Assembly: GCA_965530995.1 (NCBI GenBank)
Contig: CBESOB010000001.1
Location: 1 to 46,597 of the forward strand
Source of the DNA: an uncultured Flavobacteriaceae bacterium
Lineage (GTDB): Bacteria > Bacteroidota > Bacteroidia > Flavobacteriales > Flavobacteriaceae
Direction: 5' to 3'
DNA: 46,597 nt
Positions 18,662 through 28,200 of this stretch are shown in pieces. Every line of letters starts with the position of its first letter. Within the stretch, counting starts at the first letter, position 1. The notes beneath the pieces were generated by a model, which worked only from the letters and a program-made list of their open reading frames with translations, was not told where the DNA came from and did no database searches. The translations under genes and the position numbers were made by a program.

Positions 18662-19139
18662 TGTATTGGTATCTATCTTATTTTGTATTGTTTTAGTTTC
18701 TTGTGACTCGAACAGGGTGTTTGATGAGTATCAATCCGTTCCAGATAAATGGCATAAGGATTCCGTTATGGAGTTTAACGTAACGCCTCCAGATTCGATA
18801 AGCAAATACAATCTATTCGTAAATCTCAGAAACAATAACGATTATGCGTTCAGTAATCTGTTCTTGATCGTAGAAATGAATTTCCCTAACGGGAAAGTGC
18901 TGAAAGATACCTTGGAATATCAAATGGCCAAACCCAGCGGCGAATTCTTAGGAGAAGGTTTTTCAGATATTAAGGAAAATAAATTGTGGTACAAGGAAGG
19001 TGTGGTTTTTAATGAATCAGGAGACTACAAGGTCAAGATTCAACACGCCATGAGAACGAATGGAGAAGTGAATGGCATTGAAAACCTTGAAGGGGTTATA
19101 GATATCGGATTTAGAATTGAAAAATATTTAGAGAATTAG
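18648..19139 (+). CDS. gldH: Gliding motility lipoprotein GldH
   Basis: MLSRSVLVSILFCIVLVSCDSNRVFDEY...YNLFVNLRNNNDYAFSNLFLIV...LEYQMAKPSGEFLGEGFSDIKENKLWYKEG matches GldH as I recall it from Flavobacterium johnsoniae. The ricT-gldH-PBP1A order is also typical. Confidence 0.8.
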   Translation: MLSRSVLVSILFCIVLVSCDSNRVFDEYQSVPDKWHKDSVMEFNVTPPDSISKYNLFVNLRNNNDYAFSNLFLIVEMNFPNGKVLKDTLEYQMAKPSGEFLGEGFSDIKENKLWYKEGVVFNESGDYKVKIQHAMRTNGEVNGIENLEGVIDIGFRIEKYLEN

Positions 19140-19141
19140 TA

Positions 19142-21481
19142 ATGGCTACTAAAAAAGAAACAAAAAAGGACACGCTCAATTTCAGTAAGTACGTTCGATG
19201 GTTTTGGATGCTTTTCCTTGCAGGTATTCTAGCTGTGGCATTGACCTTCCTAACAGCATCCTGGGGCTATCTAGGTGAAATGCCTGATCACACACAATTG
19301 GAGAATCCTAGGACAAATTTAGCTTCCGAAATAATTTCTTCAGATGGTGAAACATTGGGCAAGTTTTACTTTAATGATAACAGAACGCCTGTAGATTATG
19401 CGGATTTGCCGAAGCATTTGGTAGATGCCTTGATTGCGGTTGAAGATGCACGTTACGAAGACCATTCAGGAATTGATGCCAGAGGAACACTGAGAGCAAT
19501 TTTTAAGGCCGGAAGAGGTGGCGGAGGAGCGAGTACGATTTCGCAACAATTGGCAAGACAATTGTTCGTTGGTGTGGCTTCGAAAAATACATTTGAAAGA
19601 ATCACCCAAAAAATCAAGGAATGGGTCATCGCAACCCGATTAGAACGACAATACACCAAAGAAGAGATCATAGCACAGTATTTTAATATTTATGATTTTG
19701 GCAATAATGCCGATGGGATTAGATCAGCGGCAAGAATATATTTTGGGAAAGAGCCTCAAAAACTAAATTTGAATGAATCTGCCATGTTGGTTGGGATGTT
19801 CAAGAATTCATCGCTATACAATCCAAGACGCAATGCAGAAGGGGTTACCAATAGGCGAAATGTCGTGTTGAGCCAGATGTATAAGTATGAATATATCTCT
19901 GAGACTCTGAAGGATTCTCTCCAGAAATTGGATTTGAATATCAATTACACACCAGAATCACATCGTGATGGCATTGCCACATACTTCAGGGAATATTTGA
20001 GGGATTTCATGAAAAAATGGGCGAATGAAGAAGCTAACAGAAAACCAGACGGCAGCAAGTACAACATCAACAGTGATGGCTTGAAAATATATGTGACCTT
20101 GGATTCTCGTATGCAAAAGTATGCCGAAGATGCGGTACAACAACACATGCCAAGACTGCAAGCAGAATTCTTTAATCAAAACACACCAAGACGAAACCCT
20201 AAGGCACCATTTCGCGAGCTTACCAATGGAGGTATTGATACATTGATGAGGGTGTCTATGAAACGTTCAGAACGTTGGCGTGTTATGAAAAAAAATGGTA
20301 ATACAGAGAAAGAAATAGAAGACTCATTCCATAAACCGGTGAAAATGTCGATTTTCACTTGGGATAATGCTAAAAAAGAAATTGACACCGTTATGAAGCC
20401 ATGGGATTCCATGCGTTATTATAAATCCTTCCTACAACCAGGGATGATGTCTATGGAACCACAAACAGGGCATGTAAAAGCTTGGGTTGGCGGAATGAAT
20501 TACAGGCATTTTCAATATGATCATGTAAAACAAGGAAAACGTCAAATAGGGTCGACTTTTAAACCATTTGTGTACGCAACCGCCATCGATCAATTACATA
20601 TGTCACCTTGCGATGAGTTACCAGACCGTCCTTTTTGTATAGAAGCAGGAAAGCATGGCAATACCGAAGAATGGTGTCCAGAAAACTCTAATAAGAATTA
20701 TGGGGGTGTACGCACTCTTAAAAATGCATTAGCAAATTCAAAAAACGCCATTACTGCCCAATTAATTGACATGGTAGGGCCACAACCAGTAGTAGATCTA
20801 GCCCAGAGAATGGGTATAGAAGGAGATATCCTTCCAGTGCCGTCCATTGCTTTAGGGACACCAGACCTTAGTGTTTATGAGATGGTAGGAGCCTATAGTA
20901 CCTTTGCCAACAAAGGTGTCTACACCAAACCAGTTATGGTAACTACTATTGAGGACAAAAATGGCACGACCTTGTATCAATTCGTACCACAAACCAAGGA
21001 TGTATTAAGTGAAGAAGTGGCGTATGTAACGGTTAATCTAATGGAAGGTGTTACCCAGTATGGTGGTGGATATAGATTGCGTACAGTCGGTCGAGAAAAA
21101 TACGATCCTTTATTTAGGGAAATAATAACGGGGTATCCATACAATCTTCAAAATCCTATAGCTGGAAAAACAGGAACAACTCAAAATCAAAGTGATGGTT
21201 GGTTCATGGGCATGGTACCCAATTTGGTGACAGGTGTTTGGGTCGGCGCAGAAGATAGAGCAACACATTTTGCGGGAATAGATTATGGACAAGGGGCTTC
21301 TATGGCATTGCCTATATGGGGCATATACATGAAAAGCTGTTACGAAGATGATGAGTTGAATGTCTCACAGGAAGAGTTTGAAATACCTGCAAATCTCAGT
21401 TATAATTTAGACTGCTCTAAAGAACCTAAAGAAGATCCAAATAAAAAGAAGGCAGGTCCAGACGATGAATTGGACTTCTAA
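19142..21481 (+). CDS. mrcA: Bifunctional class A penicillin-binding protein 1A (glycosyltransferase/transpeptidase)
   Basis: GT51 motifs EDARYEDHSGID and GASTISQQLAR. Transpeptidase motifs STFKP (SxxK) and KTGTT. Confidence 0.95.
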   Translation: MATKKETKKDTLNFSKYVRWFWMLFLAGILAVALTFLTASWGYLGEMPDHTQLENPRTNLASEIISSDGETLGKFYFNDNRTPVDYADLPKHLVDALIAVEDARYEDHSGIDARGTLRAIFKAGRGGGGASTISQQLARQLFVGVASKNTFERITQKIKEWVIATRLERQYTKEEIIAQYFNIYDFGNNADGIRSAARIYFGKEPQKLNLNESAMLVGMFKNSSLYNPRRNAEGVTNRRNVVLSQMYKYEYISETLKDSLQKLDLNINYTPESHRDGIATYFREYLRDFMKKWANEEANRKPDGSKYNINSDGLKIYVTLDSRMQKYAEDAVQQHMPRLQAEFFNQNTPRRNPKAPFRELTNGGIDTLMRVSMKRSERWRVMKKNGNTEKEIEDSFHKPVKMSIFTWDNAKKEIDTVMKPWDSMRYYKSFLQPGMMSMEPQTGHVKAWVGGMNYRHFQYDHVKQGKRQIGSTFKPFVYATAIDQLHMSPCDELPDRPFCIEAGKHGNTEEWCPENSNKNYGGVRTLKNALANSKNAITAQLIDMVGPQPVVDLAQRMGIEGDILPVPSIALGTPDLSVYEMVGAYSTFANKGVYTKPVMVTTIEDKNGTTLYQFVPQTKDVLSEEVAYVTVNLMEGVTQYGGGYRLRTVGREKYDPLFREIITGYPYNLQNPIAGKTGTTQNQSDGWFMGMVPNLVTGVWVGAEDRATHFAGIDYGQGASMALPIWGIYMKSCYEDDELNVSQEEFEIPANLSYNLDCSKEPKEDPNKKKAGPDDELDF

Positions 21482-21489
21482 AAAACTCA

Positions 21490-21516
21490 AACCATTCTAT
21501 TTAGAATGGTTTTTTT
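21490..21516 (+). terminator. Intrinsic terminator after PBP1A
   Basis: Stem aaccattct/agaatggtt (9 bp, 4-nt loop) followed by a T run. Confidence 0.8.
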
Positions 21517-21551
21517 ATTTCGTAATTTTCAACTTCTAAAAGTGGAAGACA

Positions 21552-22253
21552 ATGATTAATAAGAAAGTTGATAATGTTGCCATGGCACTTCAAGGCGTTG
21601 AAGATAATATGACCTTCATGTTCGGAGGTTTTGGGCTTAGTGGAATTGCAGAGAATTCCATAGCACATTTGGTTGAACTTGGGATAAAAGGATTGACTTG
21701 CATATCCAACAATGCAGGTGTGGATGATTTTGGGTTAGGACTTTTACTTCAGCAAAAACAGATTAAAAAGATGATCTCGTCTTATGTCGGTGAGAATGAT
21801 GAATTCGAGAGACAAATGCTTAGTGGAGAATTGGATGTAGAACTAATACCTCAAGGGACATTGGCAGAACGTTGTCGAGCGGCCCAAGCTGGATTTCCGG
21901 CGATTTATACACCGGCAGGGTTTGGCACCGAAGTGGCTGAAGGGAAAGAAACGAGAGAATTTGATGGGAAAATGCACGTTCTAGAATATGCCTTTAAAGC
22001 AGATTTCGCATTTGTTAAGGCTTGGAAAGGTGATGCGGCAGGTAACTTGGTCTTCAAGGGAACTGCAAGGAATTTCAATCCTAATATGTGTGGAGCTGCC
22101 AAGATAACCGTTGCGGAGGTTGAAGAATTGGTTCCTGTAGGGGCATTGGACCCTAATCAAATTCATATTCCTGGGATTTTCGTTAAACGAATATTTCAAG
22201 GAGCGCATTACGAAAAGAGAATTGAGCAACGTACAGTTAGACAAAGAACTTAA
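21552..22253 (+). CDS. scoA: 3-oxoacid CoA-transferase subunit A
   Basis: [13 protein letters not shown]...[14 protein letters not shown]...GDAAGNLVF are typical of CoA-transferase family I alpha subunits. Confidence 0.9.
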   Translation: MINKKVDNVAMALQGVEDNMTFMFGGFGLSGIAENSIAHLVELGIKGLTCISNNAGVDDFGLGLLLQQKQIKKMISSYVGENDEFERQMLSGELDVELIPQGTLAERCRAAQAGFPAIYTPAGFGTEVAEGKETREFDGKMHVLEYAFKADFAFVKAWKGDAAGNLVFKGTARNFNPNMCGAAKITVAEVEELVPVGALDPNQIHIPGIFVKRIFQGAHYEKRIEQRTVRQRT

Positions 22254-22257
22254 GTTT

Positions 22258-22911
22258 ATGTTAGATAAAAATGGAATAGCAAAGCGAATCGCTAAAGAAG
22301 TAAAGGATGGGTATTATGTAAATCTTGGTATCGGGATTCCTACGCTTGTGGCAAACTTTGTTCGTGATGATATCGAAGTAGAATTCCAAAGTGAAAATGG
22401 GGTACTTGGCATGGGTCCATTCCCTTTTGAAGGAGAAGAAGATGCCGACATTATTAATGCCGGTAAGCAAACTATAACGACTATGCCTGGAGCGAGCTTC
22501 TTTGATTCAGCGATGAGTTTCTCAATGATTCGCGGACAACATGTAGACTTGACCATCCTAGGCGCTATGGAAGTGTCTGAGGAAGGCGATATTGCCAATT
22601 GGAAAATTCCTGGTAAGATGGTAAAGGGCATGGGAGGCGCCATGGATCTAGTTGCATCCGCAGAAAATATCATCGTTGCCATGATGCACACTAATAAAAG
22701 AGGAGAATCCAAGCTTCTTAAAAAATGTTCTCTGCCATTGACAGGAGTTGCATGTGTCAAGAAAATAGTCACCAATCTTGCCGTTTTGGAGGTAACCGAT
22801 ATGGGATTTAAATTATTAGAACGCGCTCCTGGAATATCTGTAGAAGACATCAAGAACGCCACAGAAGGAACATTGATAATCGAGGGAGATATTCCAGAAA
22901 TGAACCTATAG
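22258..22911 (+). CDS. scoB: 3-oxoacid CoA-transferase subunit B
   Basis: The ATG at 22258 follows the scoA stop by 4 nt. YVNLGIGIPTLV...SENGVLGMGP (catalytic Glu region)...GMGGAMDLV. Confidence 0.9.
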   Translation: MLDKNGIAKRIAKEVKDGYYVNLGIGIPTLVANFVRDDIEVEFQSENGVLGMGPFPFEGEEDADIINAGKQTITTMPGASFFDSAMSFSMIRGQHVDLTILGAMEVSEEGDIANWKIPGKMVKGMGGAMDLVASAENIIVAMMHTNKRGESKLLKKCSLPLTGVACVKKIVTNLAVLEVTDMGFKLLERAPGISVEDIKNATEGTLIIEGDIPEMNL

Positions 22912-23163
22912 AATTTCCCTTTTACACCTACCTTATCAAACGATTTGTTAAGATCAAATCTGATTTGAACTACATACAATTGCAGTGTAAAAACCCTAAA
23001 ATGTTACTTATTTCATTCTAAATGTTAAAATATTATGCATTTCATCGATTTATAGTGCTTTTAAACTGACAAATTGAATAATTAGTTCATCTTCGTAGTC
23101 CCTAAATTAAACGAACCTTTTTTTGCCCTAAACTACCACAACTGCTACTTATGGAAACGGCCC

Positions 23164-23196
23164 CAAATCTACCACGACCTACTACTACTAACAAAT
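23164..23196 (-). promoter_or_regulatory. Near-consensus Bacteroidota promoter TTG-N20-TAGATTTG with no downstream gene
   Basis: The minus strand reads gttaatTTGttagtagtagtaggtcgtggTAGATTTGgggg. It points into the gene-free spacer 22912-23160 and then antisense into scoB. Confidence 0.35.
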
Positions 23197-23267
23197 TAAC
23201 CAAGAATTTTAAGGAAATGGCGCAAGTTACCCGAAGCGTCTTAATTTTAGCAAAGAAAGTCTTTATG

Positions 23268-24959
23268 CTATAGCCCCTTTGGGATTGCATTAATTAATTT
23301 CTTGGTATATTCTTTTTCGGGACTGGTGTAAATACTATCAGCGTCGCCTAGTTCTTCGATCTTACCATCTTTCATCACTAATAATTGATCCGCCATGTAT
23401 TTAACCACGGCAAGATCATGTGAAATGAATATATAGGTAAAACCAAAATTCGCTTTTAAGTCATTCAACAAATTAAGCACTTGGGCCTGTACAGAAATGT
23501 CGAGGGCCGAAACAGATTCATCACAAACTATTAATTTTGGATTCAAGGCAATGGTTCGAGCAATTCCAATACGCTGCCTCTGACCTCCAGAGAATTCATG
23601 CGGATAACGACTGTAATGTTCAGGTTCTAATCCAACACGTTTTAATATATCAATCACTTTGTCCTTTCGCTCTTTATTGGAGCCATATAGTTTGTGAACT
23701 TTCATGGGTTCTAGTATGGCATTACCGACAGATATTCTTGGGTTTAGTGATGCATAAGGGTCCTGAAAGATGATTTGAATATCCTTTCGCATGTTACGTA
23801 AGTCTTTTCCTTTTAGTTTCGTTATATCCTTTCCGCCATAAAATATTTGACCAGCAGTCGCCTTGTTTAATTGGAGGATAGCGTTACCTAGCGTAGATTT
23901 TCCGCACCCAGATTCACCTACCAAACCAAGTGTTTCACCTTTGTAGATCTTAAAACTAATATCATTTACGGCCTTAAAAGTTTCCGGAGCAGAAAACCAC
24001 CCCGAGCGAGACACATATTCTTTATCCAGGTTTATCACTTCAAGCAAAGGAGTTTGTGAATATAGTTTTTTATGATGCTCTTCTCTTTCACTTTTAGAAA
24101 TGACGTCTTTTGAAATAGACTTATTTAGAAAATCACTTACTGTAGGTAGTTGCCTTAATCGTTTAGTTAAAGGTGGCCTTGAATTGATCAATGCTTTCGT
24201 ATAATCTTGTTGAGGATTTTCGAAAATGGATTTTGTAGGCCCTTGCTCAACTATTTCTCCTTTGAACATGACCAGTATTCGATCAGCTATTTCAGACACA
24301 AGTGATAAATCATGCGTGATGAAGATAATGCTCATTTTAGTTTCCTGCTGCAGTCCTTTTAATAAAGAAATGATGTCTTTTTGTACGGTTACATCAAGAG
24401 CTGTTGTTGGTTCATCGGCAATTAAAATATCTGGCTTACAGGCAATAGCCATGGCGATCATTACGCGTTGCATTTGCCCACCACTTATTTCATGTGGGTA
24501 GGACGAAAATACACGCTTAGGATTTTGTAATTTCACGGTATCAAAAAGCCGCAGGGTCTCCTCTTTTGCATCTTTGACACTCAGAGAATTATGTTGTACA
24601 AGTATTTCTAAAACCTGTCGTCCACAAGTCATTGATGGGTTCAATGAACTCATGGGTTCTTGAAAGATCATACTAATGCGGTTTCCACGTATTTTTTCGA
24701 GCTCCTTGGTGTCAAGATCTGTTAGGTACTGTTCTTCAAACAGTACACTACCATTAGTGATCCTTGATATATGTTTGGGCAACAAACCCAATATCGCTAG
24801 TGCAGAAACCGACTTCCCAGACCCGGATTCACCAACAATACCAAGTATCTCGTTTTGGGCAAGATCATAGGAAATGGATTTAATGACTTGATTCTCATTG
24901 CCTTCAGAATAAAAGGAAATGGAGAGGTTATTTATAGAGAGTATTGGCTTTGATTTCAC
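23268..24959 (-). CDS. ABC transporter ATP-binding protein with two fused ATPase domains (Dpp/Opp, YejF-like)
   Basis: Two Walker A motifs (GESGSGKS, GESGCGKS), two signature motifs (ISGGQMQR, FSGGQRQR) and two Walker B motifs (ILIADEPT, LIVCDESV). GTG start at 24959. Confidence 0.9.
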   Translation of the reverse strand: MKSKPILSINNLSISFYSEGNENQVIKSISYDLAQNEILGIVGESGSGKSVSALAILGLLPKHISRITNGSVLFEEQYLTDLDTKELEKIRGNRISMIFQEPMSSLNPSMTCGRQVLEILVQHNSLSVKDAKEETLRLFDTVKLQNPKRVFSSYPHEISGGQMQRVMIAMAIACKPDILIADEPTTALDVTVQKDIISLLKGLQQETKMSIIFITHDLSLVSEIADRILVMFKGEIVEQGPTKSIFENPQQDYTKALINSRPPLTKRLRQLPTVSDFLNKSISKDVISKSEREEHHKKLYSQTPLLEVINLDKEYVSRSGWFSAPETFKAVNDISFKIYKGETLGLVGESGCGKSTLGNAILQLNKATAGQIFYGGKDITKLKGKDLRNMRKDIQIIFQDPYASLNPRISVGNAILEPMKVHKLYGSNKERKDKVIDILKRVGLEPEHYSRYPHEFSGGQRQRIGIARTIALNPKLIVCDESVSALDISVQAQVLNLLNDLKANFGFTYIFISHDLAVVKYMADQLLVMKDGKIEELGDADSIYTSPEKEYTKKLINAIPKGL

Positions 24960-25008
24960 AGTATAAAATTAAGGTATTTTGGGGGTATTAATTAACACTA
25001 ATCAACCT

Positions 25009-25041
25009 AAAAGGCCTGAACGAAAGTTCAGGCCTTTTTTT
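25009..25041. terminator. Strong terminator-like hairpin in a divergent intergenic region
   Basis: aaaa-aggcctgaac-gaaa-gttcaggcct-ttttttt: a 10-bp GC-rich stem with a GNRA loop, an A run on one side and a T7 run on the other. Confidence 0.6.
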
Positions 25042-25248
25042 AAGTCAATTCGGATGCCTATTGTAGGTAAGATATTACTTATAATGCAGGTAGGCTTAAT
25101 CTGGATAAAATTTACGGGTATTCTGTAATTGTTAATAAAATGGGATAAATCCTATACAAATAGGGGGTTTTCCCTCAATCATACTATGGTTTTATATCAT
25201 AACTTCAAGAGAAATTATTTAAAAGCTATTAATCAAACTGTATTTATC

Positions 25249-28200
25249 ATGAAAAAAAAACTATCCCTCTTCATCTTTACGATGAGTTTTATGTTCGTTC
25301 ATTCTCAAAACAACATTTTCTGGCAAAAGCAAGCACCAGCAAACATTTTGGACGTTAAAGAAAGTAGGCAGAACCTACCTAAAATGCAAACCTATAGTTT
25401 GGATTTCCAAAGTTTGAAAGAATATTTAAAAGATGCTCCTGAAAGGGGCTCCTTTTCAGGGAATTCCAATCTAATACTTTCTTTCCCAAATGCGGATGGT
25501 GAATTTGAGCAATTCAGGATTATGGAAGCCTCAGTTATGCATCCGGATCTTTCAGCGAGATACCCAGACATTAAATCCTATGCTGGACAGGGTATTGAAG
25601 ACCCAACAGCCAGAATCCGATTTAGTATGTCGCCTTTGGGTTTACAGAGCATGAGATTATCCAGTAGTAAAAATGCGTCATTCATTGAACCTTATACAAA
25701 TGACCTTAGACAATACACAGTATATAAGCGTCAAGACAGGACGTCTGACCTTGACAGTTTCGAATGTGAAGTAACTAATTCAACTAGTAGAGCTATTTCG
25801 GGGGATGGTACTTTGAGAAATGCAGATGATTCCATTTTAAGGACTTATAGGTTGGCAGTTTCTGCAACAGGAGAATATACGCAATATCATGGCGGTACAA
25901 AGGCATTGGCATTGGCAGCGATGAACACAACCATGACGAGGGTAAATGGTATTTATGAAAGTGACTTTAATGTCACCTTAGTACTGACAGCAAATACGGA
26001 TGATGTTATTTATACAAGCACTAGCAGTGACCCTTACGGTAATTCCACTTCAGGTTACAATAACGCATTGCAATCTACACTTACAAGTGTCATTGGGGAA
26101 GCGAATTACGACATAGGACACTTATTTGCCAACCTACAAAATAATGGAAATGCTGGCTGTATTGGATGTGTCTGTGTCAACGGACAAAAAGGAAGTGGTT
26201 GGACATCCCATGTGGCGCCTGAAGGAGATCCTTTTGATGTGGATTATGTGGCACACGAAATGGGACATCAATTTGGTGGAAATCATACCTGGACACATGG
26301 TGGTAATGAAGGATCAGGAGTTCAGATGGAGCCAGGAAGTGGGTCTACCATTATGGGATATGCTGGTATTACTGGATCTACGGACGTACAATCCAATAGC
26401 GATCCATATTTTCATGCAGCATCTATTGAACAAATTACAGATTACATAAAAAGCAGAAGCTGTCAGACAAATACGAATATAAGTAATGCTGTACCTACTG
26501 CTGATGCAGGGTCCAATTATACAATTCCGAAAGGCACACCATTTGTACTAACCGGAGCTGGAACGGATGCAGATGCTGGGGACGTATTGACGTATTGCTG
26601 GGAACAAATGAATAATGGATCCACATCTACCACAAATCCTAATCCTAATGCTACTTCCGGCCCAGCATTTCGTTCTTTTAACCCTACAACAGATACTAAT
26701 AGGTATTTCCCGAGGTTAGAAACTATCAAGACTGGCGCTACTTCTTGGCAATGGGAAGCAGTACCTAATGTAGCTCGAACGATGAACTTCAGGATGACGG
26801 TAAGGGATAATCAAGCTGGAGGCGGAACTAATAATAGTGATGATTCTGTAATTACAGTAAATGGAACAGCGGGACCATTTGTCCTTAACGCTCCTAATAC
26901 CAATGTAACATGGAATGCAGGAACTACTCAAACAGTGACTTGGAATGTTGCAGGGACGACAGGAAATGGGGTGAATGCATCAAATGTTGATATTTTCTTA
27001 TCAATAGATGGAGGCGACACGTATCCTATCTCTTTAGCTGCAGGAGTACCAAATGATGGTTCTCATGATATAGTTGTGCCTAATAATCAAGGATCTCAAA
27101 ATAGAATTATGATTAAAGGCTCTAATCATGTTTTCTTTGATATTTCAAACACCGATTTTACAATTACGGGACAAGTTGTTTGTAACGCAACAGTACCAGC
27201 AGGTGTGGCCGCTTCAAGTATTGGACCGGATTCTGCCACTTTAAGTTGGGATGCAGTGCCAGGAGCGTCATTTGACCTACAATACAGAGTAGTTGGTTCA
27301 GGAACATGGGCAACTCTTTCCGTAAATGGCATTTCTTCAGTTTTATCAGGCTTAACTGCGATAACCCAATATGAAGCTCAAGTTAGAAGTACATGCCCTG
27401 ATAATTCAACATCAGCATATAGTGGTATTATTAATTTTACAACCACAGATGTGTTATTGAATTATTGTAACTCAGCCAGTACAAATGTTAATGACGAATT
27501 CATTAGTAGAGTTCAATTAAATACCATTGACAATAGTTCTGGAGCTCAATTCTATTCAGATTTCACAAGTATTTCAACTACACTTACAAAAGACAGTCAA
27601 TATACAATTACGGTAACACCAACTTGGACTGGAACAGTATACAATGAAGCTTATGCCGTTTGGATTGATTATAATAGGGATGGTGATTTTGCAGATACTG
27701 GAGAACAGGTTTGGACTCAAGGAAATACACAAACAAGTTCAGTTAGTGGAAATTTCACGGTACCCGTAGGAGCCGTTGAAAATTCAACAAGAATGAGAGT
27801 GTCGATGAAATACAATGGAATTCCTACGTCATGTGAATCGTTTACATATGGTGAAGTTGAAGATTATACAATTATCATTGAAGGGTCAGGGCCTGATACA
27901 ACATCTCCAGTAATTACACTGAATGGCCCATCAACAATTGACTTAAATGTTGGTGATACCTATACGGAACAAGGAGCCACAGCTGCCGATAATATTGATG
28001 GAGATCTGACTTCAAGTATTGTCGTTGGAGGTGATATAGTTGACACCAATGCAGGAGGCGTTTATGTAGTAACTTATAATGTAAGTGATGCCGCAGGAAA
28101 TGCCGCAACCGAAATTACAAGAACAGTAAATGTTATTCCAGATACGACTGCACCTATAATCACTCGCATTGGAGCTGCAACTATTAATTTGGAGTTAGGC

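Noticed and set aside
22314-22979. 221-codon stop-free ORF antisense to the whole of scoB, starting at an ATG in the intergenic spacer downstream of the candidate promoter at 23164-23196
   Set aside because: In this antisense frame a stop requires a sense Tyr codon (TAx) preceded by a codon ending in T or C, or a sense His/Gln codon (CAx) preceded by a codon ending in T. ScoB has no Tyr after its N-terminal YY, and its few Gln/His codons follow codons ending in C, A or G. The open frame is therefore explained by ScoB composition. The translated sequence is low-complexity (S/I/P-rich) with no recognisable fold.
23102-23290. 62-aa minus-strand ORF and a 40-aa plus-strand ORF (23151-23273) in the scoB/ABC spacer
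   Set aside because: The first starts inside the ABC coding region in another frame. Both have unremarkable composition and no signal or motif. The region is treated as non-coding (see the finding for 22912-23267).
25129-25248. 40-codon N-terminal extension of the protease ORF (MLIKWDKSYTNRGF...), and similar extensions at 178, 10398, 11377, 11437, 18561, 22222, 30961, 35006 and 38073
   Set aside because: In each case an internal ATG gives a canonical N-terminus (signal peptide, or alignment with the conserved family start). The extension would also overlap the upstream gene or run through promoter or hairpin sequence. Several of the extensions begin with TTG.
25252-25260. A9 homopolymer directly after the protease start codon as a slipped-strand phase-variation switch
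   Set aside because: It simply encodes the KKK of a standard MKKK signal-peptide n-region in an AT-rich genome. I have no evidence of length heterogeneity from a single sequence.
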